Both the position numbers and the translations under genes were made by a program. The notes beneath the pieces were generated by a model. The model searched no databases. It was not told the origin of the DNA and saw only the letters and a list, made by a program, of their open reading frames with translations. A stretch of 64,000 bases of DNA from an uncultured Verrucomicrobiae bacterium (lineage in GTDB: Bacteria; Verrucomicrobiota; Verrucomicrobiia; Chthoniobacterales; UBA10450): NCBI GenBank assembly GCA_963735805.1, contig CAVTMK010000003.1, forward strand, positions 192,001-256,000, read 5' to 3'. How positions within the stretch are numbered: the first letter of the stretch is position 1; every line of letters starts with the position of its first letter. Below, piece after piece: positions 40,265 to 49,141 of the stretch.

Positions 40265-40411
40265 TTAGACTCCTCGCCTACCTTGAATCAGATTGATAAT
40301 GAGGATGATCAGCGCAATTACGAGCAGCAGGTGGATCAAACTTCCGCCGACGTGGCCAATGAAGCCAAGCAACCAGAGTACCACCAGGATAACAATTATA
40401 GTCCAGAGCAT
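40265..40411 (-). CDS. lmo0937-family small membrane protein (48 aa; not in ORF track)
   Basis: Hand translation MLWTIIVILVVLWLLGFIGHVGGSLIHLLLVIALIILIINLIQGRRGV*; AAAGGA upstream. Confidence 0.88.
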   Translation of the reverse strand: MLWTIIVILVVLWLLGFIGHVGGSLIHLLLVIALIILIINLIQGRRGV

Positions 40412-40561
40412 CGGTAAATCCTTTCAGTTGAATTAAATCTTCACACCTTGTTTAGACACACCCTTTGTGTTCGCCAAGCTTTTTTCACAACATCGAGTCG
40501 AATCCGTGTTTTTTCGTAGAAGTCATGAGCGGTTCGGCTGGATTTTAAAGGAAAGAACGCC

Positions 40562-42949
40562 TTATTTCTTTTCGCTTTCCCGATCATTTGCGCTTTCCGT
40601 AACCGGTCGGCGTTTTATCTGTTCCATTACATCTCCGGCTATCAACTTGAGGAGGTCCTGTTGCTGCTTTGAAATATCACGTGGTTTGGTGTCGAGAATA
40701 CAAAGCGAACCGACAGGAAAACCATTCGGTCCTCGCAAGGGAACGCCTGCGTAAAACCGCAGACCGCGTTCTTTTACCCATGGGTTGTTAGCGAAGCGTG
40801 GATCCCACGCCAGGTCACGGACGATCATGACATCGTTGCTCGCAATAACGTGGCCGCAAAGCGACACGTCGCGCGAAGTGCTGCGAGCCTCAGCAAGGTC
40901 CTCCGGTAAACCGATCTGAGATTTGAACCATTGCCGGTCTTTATCGATTAAAGTAAGAAGCGCGATTGGCACTTTGAATAGTCTAGTTAAACGCTCGGTA
41001 ACCTGATCGAAGACCTCTTCCGGAGGAGTATCCAAAAGCATTAACCCGTTTAATTCAGCCAGCCGCGCTTCCTCATCCGGTGGCGATGGCGCGGCAACCA
41101 TTTTGTCGGAAATTGGCGCGGTCATTCTTGATATCTGAAGGACTGCGTCAGTTAATGAAACCGCTACCTCAGTTACGTGCGTGACGCGGAGACGTTCTTT
41201 TATCTTCTCTGCATTTGACGTGGAACCCCAGACCCCGAGGAGAATCGGCACGCTCCCTAAGTGCTCGGCAATTGCGGCGCTTAAATAGCGACCCTGACCT
41301 ATACTCGACGGCGGCAACACCGATATGCAGATACATGCCGGCTTAATCTCCATAACTCGGTCGAGCAGTTCCTGCCGGTCAAGTCGGGCCGGCGCGTTTT
41401 CAGCTTCGAATCCTTGCCTTCGAAGTAGTTGCACAAGCATTTCGCCGGCGAGTTCGTCGCGATATCCTCGAGCAGGAACACACAGCACACGGATACCTAT
41501 GCCGGGAGCAACCTTGGTGATTTCTTTGGGATTTTGCTCTTCTGTATCGATTTCCAAATCTTGCGAGCCGCCCAAATCGTCGATGATCTCCTGGATCCGT
41601 TGCGATGCGGTGGTCCTTTGTTCCGCTGTAATTGAACCGTTGTGCGCGTCGATTTCGATCGCCGCAATTGCCGGGATCAAAACTTTATCGTAAAGCGCCG
41701 TTAGTGAGTCCGTCTCTGCATATTTCGCGGCAAACTCTTCCGCGTTCTCCATCGAGAGAGAGAGGAGCCGATGATAAAACTCTTCGTGAGGCGCGAGAGC
41801 TTGATCCTCGCTTAGTAAAATGCTGAGAAACTCGAGCCGTGGAACATAACGTCCTATCACGGCAAGGCACACAGTTAGAGGAGTGGAAAGTACCAGACCT
41901 ACCGGGCCCCAGAGCCACGTCCAAAACACCGCAGAAATGATAAGCGCAATGGGCGAAACACCTGTGTTCGCTCCGTAAACCCACGGTTCAACCAAGTTCG
42001 AGGTGATGGCCTCCAGGACAATGAAAAGAGCAATAGTGATCAGCGGCGTGAGCCAGCTGTTTGAGATAGCGAATGACAACAGAAAGGGAAAGAGCGCGCC
42101 TACCCAGGCTCCAATATACGGGATGAACCGCAGCACCCCGGCTAAGAGTCCCCACAGGGCGGCATTAGGAACGCCAATAAAATGCAGCCCGATCGCGACA
42201 CAAACGCCATAGCATGTATTAACGAGAAATTGCGTCGATAGGTAACGCGACACGCGATAGCCGGCATCTTCCATCGCACGTGTCGTCGCACTGATCCGGC
42301 CCTGGCCAACCAGCCGGATCATCCTACCACGAAGATCTTCCCGCTTTAGCAGCATAAAAATCACGAGCAACAGCACCAGGGCCGCCGTGCCCAGCGGGCT
42401 AAGGATTGCACTAAGAGTCTCCTGGAGTAGCTGCGGGATTGCGTTGTTTCCTTCGATTACTTTTACCGGAATAGGACTGGCAACAGGCGGTGGCGATTTA
42501 GCTGAAAGACCCGCACCGCCTGGCTCTATGCGCGTGCTTGGACCTGGCACAAGTAGTTCGTTTTCCAACGCGTGAACACTCGATGAAAGTCTCGCAAGAG
42601 GACTTGCCGCAGGCAGTTTTAACGATCGTATTTTGCTTGCGATATTCGTCTGGTACTCAGGCAACTTGGCGGCCAGATCAACGACCTGGCGACCTATTAG
42701 CCAGCTCGCCGCAGTAAAGATGCTAAACATGAGAACGACGACCACCAGGACAGCTGCGATCCGACCGATCCAGCGTTCCAGGCGAGTGACCAATCGGGAA
42801 AGGAGAAATGTAATTAGGGTTGCCAGCGCAAGTGGAACAAACACTGCGCGCCCGAAGTACAGTGTAGCGACGACAAACGCCAGGAGCAGCAGCGCCCAGA
42901 TTCCGTTTAATGCAGCGGCCGAAGATAGTGGAGCGGTTCGCGGTCGCAT
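40562..42949 (-). CDS. AI-2E-family transporter with cytoplasmic Rossmann-like and GAF domains
   Basis: LRFIPYIG, EPWVYG, FWTWLWGPVGLVLSTPLT; C-terminal DEEARLAEL..LLDTPPEEVFD, RFYAGVPL, GSLCILDTKPR. Confidence 0.9.
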   Translation of the reverse strand: MRPRTAPLSSAAALNGIWALLLLAFVVATLYFGRAVFVPLALATLITFLLSRLVTRLERWIGRIAAVLVVVVLMFSIFTAASWLIGRQVVDLAAKLPEYQTNIASKIRSLKLPAASPLARLSSSVHALENELLVPGPSTRIEPGGAGLSAKSPPPVASPIPVKVIEGNNAIPQLLQETLSAILSPLGTAALVLLLVIFMLLKREDLRGRMIRLVGQGRISATTRAMEDAGYRVSRYLSTQFLVNTCYGVCVAIGLHFIGVPNAALWGLLAGVLRFIPYIGAWVGALFPFLLSFAISNSWLTPLITIALFIVLEAITSNLVEPWVYGANTGVSPIALIISAVFWTWLWGPVGLVLSTPLTVCLAVIGRYVPRLEFLSILLSEDQALAPHEEFYHRLLSLSMENAEEFAAKYAETDSLTALYDKVLIPAIAAIEIDAHNGSITAEQRTTASQRIQEIIDDLGGSQDLEIDTEEQNPKEITKVAPGIGIRVLCVPARGYRDELAGEMLVQLLRRQGFEAENAPARLDRQELLDRVMEIKPACICISVLPPSSIGQGRYLSAAIAEHLGSVPILLGVWGSTSNAEKIKERLRVTHVTEVAVSLTDAVLQISRMTAPISDKMVAAPSPPDEEARLAELNGLMLLDTPPEEVFDQVTERLTRLFKVPIALLTLIDKDRQWFKSQIGLPEDLAEARSTSRDVSLCGHVIASNDVMIVRDLAWDPRFANNPWVKERGLRFYAGVPLRGPNGFPVGSLCILDTKPRDISKQQQDLLKLIAGDVMEQIKRRPVTESANDRESEKK

Positions 42950-43294
42950 GGGCGGACTTTCTTGTGTTTGCTAATTCGCACGCCGGTCACGGCTCACGTG
43001 TCAGCAAAACAACCTTTCTCGCGACATCGCACATCCTACTGAATCGTAGGATTCGAATTAGTCCCGTCTGGGTTCATCTTTGTTACAGGGTTTGCGAAGG
43101 TGCTAGCTTCCCTGCTTCTTCGTCGCTCGTCGCGCTAATGATATTCATGGAAGTGCGCGACAAACGATGAAGACGCTGGTTGAATACTAGTTTGATGCAG
43201 ATGGATCTTCACTCTTTGAATGTTCCCCGAAATACTTCCCCAGGCTCCATCACGTTACACCGTCTTGGCAGCTGAATGACTAAATGAACGTCTT

Positions 43295-44827
43295 ATGAAA
43301 AATGAACCATCTGCAGAAGGTGCCCCAGCCCTGAAAGCTGGCCGTTGCTCGATCGGCGTCGAGGGTCTGGACAACATTCTCGGCGGCGGGTTGCCTCGCG
43401 ATTGCTTTTATTTAATTCAAGGCGATCCCGGTTCTGGAAAAACGACTATGGCATTGCAGTTCCTTCTCGAAGGCATGCGTCGAGGCGAATCCGGCTTTTA
43501 CGTAACGCTTTCAGAGACACGGGATGAGTTATTGAAGGTGACCCGCTCCCACGGTTGGTCCCTGGAAGGCATTCCGCTGGTGGAATTGTCCGCTATCGAA
43601 CAGCTCTTGCGGCCTGAGGCGCAGACGACAGTTTTTCATGCCGCAGAGATGGAGCTGAATAAAGTCAGCAAATTATTGATCGACGAAGCGAACAAAACAC
43701 GCCCCGCTCGCGTGGTATTTGATTCGCTCTCCGAATTTCGGCTGATGGCGGAGACTGCCTTGCGATATCGGCGCGAATTGCTGAGTTTGAAGCAACACTT
43801 TGCGAAGTACAAAAGCACGGTGCTCTTTCTGGACGACAAAGTGGACAAGAGCGCGATTGGCCTTGATCCGCACGTGTTGAGCCTGAGCCATGGAGTAATA
43901 GAGATGGAGCAACTTTCCCCGGACTATGGGACGTCACGGCGCCGGTTGCGCGTGCTCAAACTGCGAGGCGTTAAGTTTCGTGAGGGTTATCACGATTACA
44001 CAATCGAAACCGGTGGGTTGCGGGCGTTTCCCCGGTTGATCGCAGCGGAGCATTTCTCGAGAATCAAGCGCGAGCCGGTATCCAGCGGTATCAAAGAGCT
44101 GGATGCGTTATTCGGTGGCGGCTTGGATCGGGGTACCACGACTCTGATTCTTGGTTCCGCGGGTACCGGCAAATCCACTCTTGCATTGCAGTATGCCGCG
44201 GAAATGGCAAAAAACGGTGAGCGTGGGATGCTTTTCTGTTTTGATGAAACGCGTGGGATCATGCTGGGGCGTGCCAAAGCGCTCGGAATAGATTTGGAAC
44301 CACACATCGAAAGCGGGATTCTCACCGCTGAGCAAGTAGACCCGGCGGAGATTTCCCCCGGGCAATTTGCCACGGACATCGTGCATAAGGTAGACGCCGG
44401 CTGCAGGCTGGTGGTGATTGACACTCTCAATGGCTATCTCAATGCAATGCCGGGCGAGAAGTATCTTATCAACCAGCTGCACGAATTAACCTCTTACCTC
44501 AATTTTAAAGGCGTTGTGACTATTCTTATATTGGCCCAGCACGGGCTGGTGGCTGCCGCTGAAGCACCCGTGGACCTCAGTTACCTGGCGGACACGGTGG
44601 TAAGTTTGCGATACTTCGAGGCTGACGGCGAGGTGAAACAATCGGTGGCGGTGATTAAAAAGCGAAGCGGTCCTCACGAGAAAACTATTCGCGAATTCAA
44701 GGTGGAAGCCGGCCGTGGCGTGCGGGTCGGCAAACCATTAAAAGAATTTCACGGTGTTTTGACGGGTGCGCCTGTATTCCATGGCACTGCCGGGGAAATG
44801 TTGTCGGGTTTCGATGCAAAGAAATAA
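43295..44827 (+). CDS. KaiC-like double-domain ATPase
   Basis: Two RecA-like domains with Walker A GDPGSGKT and GSAGTGKS; VLKLRG, VIKKRSG; DLSYLAD. Confidence 0.9.
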   Translation: MKNEPSAEGAPALKAGRCSIGVEGLDNILGGGLPRDCFYLIQGDPGSGKTTMALQFLLEGMRRGESGFYVTLSETRDELLKVTRSHGWSLEGIPLVELSAIEQLLRPEAQTTVFHAAEMELNKVSKLLIDEANKTRPARVVFDSLSEFRLMAETALRYRRELLSLKQHFAKYKSTVLFLDDKVDKSAIGLDPHVLSLSHGVIEMEQLSPDYGTSRRRLRVLKLRGVKFREGYHDYTIETGGLRAFPRLIAAEHFSRIKREPVSSGIKELDALFGGGLDRGTTTLILGSAGTGKSTLALQYAAEMAKNGERGMLFCFDETRGIMLGRAKALGIDLEPHIESGILTAEQVDPAEISPGQFATDIVHKVDAGCRLVVIDTLNGYLNAMPGEKYLINQLHELTSYLNFKGVVTILILAQHGLVAAAEAPVDLSYLADTVVSLRYFEADGEVKQSVAVIKKRSGPHEKTIREFKVEAGRGVRVGKPLKEFHGVLTGAPVFHGTAGEMLSGFDAKK

Positions 44828-46091
44828 TCCAGGCGAGCGCGTACTGATTCTGGCCCCGGTCGGACAGGACGCTGCCGCGATGGCTGAGTTGCTGGCCCGG
44901 AGCGGATTTGAGACACAAGTTTGCGGTTCACTGGCAGTTTGTTGCGCACAGATCAATCTCGGCGCGGGCGCATTGGTTCTAACCGAGGAGGCGCTCGAAT
45001 CGGCGAACGTTTCCGATTTGCTACAAGCACTCAACGCGCAGCCGCCATGGTCTGAGTTACCGGTTGTTATTCTCACCACCGGCGGGGAATCGCGCCTGGC
45101 CAAATTATTGGAATTGGCGGCAACGGCAGCGGGAAGTGTGACGTTGATGGAACGACCCATCGGCACAACGACGCTCGTCCGTTCCCTCGAGGTGGCACTA
45201 AATTCCCGAAGGCGACAATATCAGGTGCGCGATCTTTTGGAAGCCCAACGTCGAAACGAGCTTCAGCTGTGGCTGGCGCACGAACAATTGGCCGATCGTG
45301 CCCGGCAACTTGAAAGTCTCGTTGAATTGCGCACTGCAAAACTGGCCCAATCTAACGAGCAGCTTCGACGCGAGATGGCTGTACGCGAAAAAGCTGAGCT
45401 CGCTCGTGAAGCCCTGCGTCGCAAGTTGCTTCACGCGCAGGAAGAGGAACGCCAGCGAATTGCTCGGGAACTACACGATCAAATGGGCCAGAACCTGACT
45501 GCGCTCAATCTCGGCCTCAAAGCATTGTTAAACGGCGATCCCCGCTCGAAGAAACTTCTAGGCGCAGTGCAACCCCTGCAGGAGTTGGCCACGCAAACCG
45601 CGCGTGATCTCCATCGCGTAGCGGTGGAATTGCGCCCAGCCGCGCTTGATGATCTCGGGCTAGTCAAAGCAATTCGCAATTTGACCGAAACCTGGTCAGC
45701 TCGGTGCCGCATCGAGGTGGATTTCGAGGCGGGAAAATACGACTCCGCAGGTCTCTCCTCGGAAATCGAGACGACACTCTACCGAGTGATTCAAGAAGCC
45801 CTCAATAATGTTGCAAAACATTCTCGAGCCAGGCATGTCAGCCTGGTTTTGCGTCGCGCAGCCGATCATGTACAAACGATCATCGAGGATGACGGGCGCG
45901 GTTTCGATCCAGCCGGTACTCCTTCGGCAGCGAATGGCCACCGCGGCCATCTGGGTCTGCTCGGAATTCAGGAACGCCTTGCTATCATCGGCGGCAGTCT
46001 CAACGTGGAATCGGCACCCGGCCGCGGAGTCACATTAATTGTACGTATTCCAAATCCCAAAACAGATGCGAAAAAAGAGCCATCAAATTAA
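44814..46091 (+). CDS. Soluble histidine kinase (HisKA_3 type) with N-terminal pseudo-receiver
   Basis: EEERQRIARELHDQMGQ, QEALNNVAKH, DDGRGF, GLLGIQER; start ATG 44814 overlaps the kaiC-like stop. Confidence 0.9.
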   Translation: MQRNNPGERVLILAPVGQDAAAMAELLARSGFETQVCGSLAVCCAQINLGAGALVLTEEALESANVSDLLQALNAQPPWSELPVVILTTGGESRLAKLLELAATAAGSVTLMERPIGTTTLVRSLEVALNSRRRQYQVRDLLEAQRRNELQLWLAHEQLADRARQLESLVELRTAKLAQSNEQLRREMAVREKAELAREALRRKLLHAQEEERQRIARELHDQMGQNLTALNLGLKALLNGDPRSKKLLGAVQPLQELATQTARDLHRVAVELRPAALDDLGLVKAIRNLTETWSARCRIEVDFEAGKYDSAGLSSEIETTLYRVIQEALNNVAKHSRARHVSLVLRRAADHVQTIIEDDGRGFDPAGTPSAANGHRGHLGLLGIQERLAIIGGSLNVESAPGRGVTLIVRIPNPKTDAKKEPSN

Positions 46092-46722
46092 GCGAAGAAT
46101 TCGCGTGATGTTGGTGGATGATCACGCAGGGATGCGCGAGGCGTTAAGAACAATGATCAATGCGGAGGGCGATCTGGCTGTGGTGGCGGAAGTTGACGGC
46201 GGTCGGGCCGCGCTGGAAATACTGGAGGATGCCAAACCAGACGTGGTTTTAATGGATGGCTCGATGCCGGAAATGAATGGGATGGAGGCCACGCGCCAAC
46301 TCAAGCAATGTCAGCCTGCAATAAAAATTATTGGCCTCACATTGTACGACGAATCCAGTTACCTGGAAGAAATGGTCGCTGCAGGCGCGAAAGGTTACGT
46401 GTTAAAGACGGACGCGCCGAGGAACGTGGCCAAAGCGATTCGTGTCGTTGCCGCGGGTGGCAGCTATTTTGACAATGTGGTTTTGCGTAGCTCTGCTGTA
46501 ACCTCGGAAGACGAGCCGGTTGTCGAAGAGTTAAATGTAGACGAACTGGAAGTAATCAAACGCGTCGCCGATGGACGGACCAATGTCGAGATCAGCGCCG
46601 ACTTGGAATTGACTCTCCCGGTTGTAGAGAGACACAGGACCGCCGCGATGCAAAAGCTCGGCCTGCGCAGCCGCGCCGAACTGGTTCGCGTCGCCGCACA
46701 GCGCCACTGGTTGAATGCTTGA
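46066..46722 (+). CDS. NarL/LuxR-family response regulator
   Basis: LVDDH, VLMDGSMP, GYVLK, C-terminal LuxR HTH (MQKLGLRSRAELV). Confidence 0.92.
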   Translation: MRKKSHQIKRRIRVMLVDDHAGMREALRTMINAEGDLAVVAEVDGGRAALEILEDAKPDVVLMDGSMPEMNGMEATRQLKQCQPAIKIIGLTLYDESSYLEEMVAAGAKGYVLKTDAPRNVAKAIRVVAAGGSYFDNVVLRSSAVTSEDEPVVEELNVDELEVIKRVADGRTNVEISADLELTLPVVERHRTAAMQKLGLRSRAELVRVAAQRHWLNA

Positions 46723-46814
46723 AACGGCCACACGCAATTTTGCGATAAAATCGTGAAGACGATTTTACAGCGCTGCTGCAGCGCCAGGACCTAGACGGGC
46801 AAACACAAACGTTC

Positions 46815-47321
46815 CTAAATTTTTCTCGAATCGTAAGCCCAATGTAACAACGCCTGTCGCTGTCGGCGTCGACAGGAAAGTTTGCGCGGCGGGCAGTTCC
46901 TTTTCACCTGCGCAATGTGACGTCGCACAGCGCGCCAGCGTTTCATTTGGCGCAGGTCGTCCTCGCAACGCCGACCGGAATAATAACGACAATACCATTG
47001 AAACCAGCCGCGAGGATCGTCGTGGTAAATCCAACCTTTTTTGCGCCAAGCCGAAAGCGGTTGGGATGCGTTCACACCAAAGTAATTCAGCGAAGGCTCA
47101 TGGCGCTTGGCGCAAAGTTTCGCCTTTTTAAACCAACTCGCCGGAAATTCGTGACGGCAATCCGTCATGTATTTACCGCCGAACACCCCGAGCTCGAGCA
47201 TCTGTTTCGGACTTAACTCCGGTCTAAACCCCGGGCGGAATTCGCCGCCTATCGATTTGGTGCGCCAATAAACATAACCCTTCTGCATTTTGTCATTCAC
47301 TCTTACGCGTACCGGTTTCAT
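46815..47321 (-). CDS. Conserved-looking basic hypothetical protein
   Basis: PKQMLELGVFGGKY, NYFGV, DPRGWFQWYCRY, RQALLHWAYD. Confidence 0.8.
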   Translation of the reverse strand: MKPVRVRVNDKMQKGYVYWRTKSIGGEFRPGFRPELSPKQMLELGVFGGKYMTDCRHEFPASWFKKAKLCAKRHEPSLNYFGVNASQPLSAWRKKGWIYHDDPRGWFQWYCRYYSGRRCEDDLRQMKRWRAVRRHIAQVKRNCPPRKLSCRRRQRQALLHWAYDSRKI

Positions 47322-47347
47322 CGCTCGGAATTCTCAGCCGCAGCAGG

Positions 47348-47827
47348 TCAACTTTTTGGTGGCCACTCCATGCCAGCCAATTCTTTTGGCAATTGCTTTG
47401 GGTCAACCGGATATATGAGTGACATGTCCGGTTTCGCCTTTGCGCCTGCCAGAAACTGAGGTTCCTCCGGCGCGCCAACGATGAGCCAGAGTACATCGGT
47501 ATCGGTGTCGTTGAACACTTGACGCAACTGATCTGGCCCCACCAGCACGCCGCTGAATTTCGGCACGGTTAATGTCGTATCACCTACGCGCATACGACCC
47601 ACACCTTCCAAAACGAAATAAAATTCCTCCGAGCAGATATGCTTGTGCAAGGTGCCCGCGCTCATCGACGGAAAACGCCAAAGCCTCGCTCCGAGATTCT
47701 GACTTCCCGTTCGCTCAAGAAAGTCTGCATTGGGAATCTTCATCAAGTTGGAAGGACGCCAATAAAGGTCGTCCGGAGTAATCAAAAAATAGCCTTCTAG
47801 CGCATTTGTTTTGGTTTCTCGTGTCAC
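47348..47827 (-). CDS. Cupin domain protein
   Basis: LHKHICSEEFYFVLEGVG. Confidence 0.85.
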   Translation of the reverse strand: MTRETKTNALEGYFLITPDDLYWRPSNLMKIPNADFLERTGSQNLGARLWRFPSMSAGTLHKHICSEEFYFVLEGVGRMRVGDTTLTVPKFSGVLVGPDQLRQVFNDTDTDVLWLIVGAPEEPQFLAGAKAKPDMSLIYPVDPKQLPKELAGMEWPPKS

Positions 47828-47864
47828 GGGTAATCAGTCGCCAATAATCGCGTCTAACTAAAGC

Positions 47865-48191
47865 TCAGTTCTCACGAATCTCGGCGTCCCACACGGTCCC
47901 CGTGTACTTGCCTGTTCGATAAATGACTTTAACGCGATCGGTTTCGCGCAATTTTTCCCACTGCCGTCGATCAGCCCGAATTTCAATTGTCCGACCGTTG
48001 TCGAGCATCCTGGCTTTGATAATCCATTGTTCGTTATTCGTGGCCCGTTGGTCTTTCACTTCTTCCCCTTGTTTCGCAGCCGCGACGTGATCCTTCCCGA
48101 TGACGATCGCGTCGCCACTTTTTTTTTCGCAGTTACACAAACCAGTCACCAACAACGATGCAAGCGTGCAGTTAAGCAGAATCGCTTTCAT
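47865..48191 (-). CDS. Putative lipoprotein
   Basis: Signal peptide ending LCNC; small beta-rich domain. Confidence 0.65.
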   Translation of the reverse strand: MKAILLNCTLASLLVTGLCNCEKKSGDAIVIGKDHVAAAKQGEEVKDQRATNNEQWIIKARMLDNGRTIEIRADRRQWEKLRETDRVKVIYRTGKYTGTVWDAEIREN

Positions 48192-48239
48192 TTCTTGACG
48201 TCTATCCGCTTAAGGGCCGGCCTGAAATCTCGGTTGTCG

Positions 48240-49031
48240 CTAATATGAGCCTCGCGCGTTTGCGCGATGGATTAGTCTGCGCAACGCGAAGCGGGGTACG
48301 AACCTTACCAGAAGCCCAGTCACCAATTTGTACGGAGAACCGTAAACAGCGACGGTTTTACCTTGTTGCATCATGCGATAGCCATATCGGGCAACTTCGG
48401 CCGGTGTCGTTTTCGTCGTCGACATATAGTTCGCCGATGCCGTACGGGCCGTTTGACTAAAATTTGTGCGAACCGCTGGAGGACAGAGCACAGTCATTTT
48501 CACGCCAGTGCCTCGCAACTCCTCCATCAGGGCTTCCGAAAATGCGAGCACGTAATTTTTGCTCGCGAAATAAACGCTCATCAATGGCCCCGGCATAAAG
48601 CCCGCTACAGACGCCACATTTAGAATATTTCCACGGCCCTGCTCCACCATGGCCGGTAAAAACAATCGAGTCAGGGCTGTTAGCGCAGTGATATTAACTC
48701 CAATAATGCTCTCTTGCTTTGCCAGATCGGATTTGAAAAACGGCCCATAATCACCGAGCCCGGCATTATTGATCAGGCAATCCACGTTTATGTTGAGCGC
48801 TCCAACTCGCTGGAACACCCTTTGCGCTGCGCCTGGTTGACTCAGGTCCTCGGCAACAGCGTGAACGCTGACACGTTGTTTCAATTCATTCGCGGCAGAC
48901 TCAAGCGTGCTTTCATTTCGGGCGACCAAAACCACGTTACGCCCATCGGCCGCTGCCTGCCGCGCCAGTTCGAGTCCAATGCCGCTATTGGCACCGGTAA
49001 TAAGGGTGAAAGCTGACGACTGATTACTCAT
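48240..49031 (-). CDS. Short-chain dehydrogenase/reductase
   Basis: TGANSGIG, INNAG, YFASK. Confidence 0.93.
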   Translation of the reverse strand: MSNQSSAFTLITGANSGIGLELARQAAADGRNVVLVARNESTLESAANELKQRVSVHAVAEDLSQPGAAQRVFQRVGALNINVDCLINNAGLGDYGPFFKSDLAKQESIIGVNITALTALTRLFLPAMVEQGRGNILNVASVAGFMPGPLMSVYFASKNYVLAFSEALMEELRGTGVKMTVLCPPAVRTNFSQTARTASANYMSTTKTTPAEVARYGYRMMQQGKTVAVYGSPYKLVTGLLVRFVPRFALRRLIHRANARGSY

Positions 49032-49141
49032 TCGCGTCACACTGCGCTAGCATTTGGACAATGACAAAATGAAGTTCGTCGGCTGTGTTGCAGCGGTGTA
49101 GCATAGCAATGCCGTCTTCAGGCCAAAAAGGAACGCCAGTT

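Noticed and set aside
43295..44827. A true KaiABC circadian clock
   Set aside because: No kaiA or kaiB nearby, phosphosite pair reads SY, and the gene is coupled to a two-component pair
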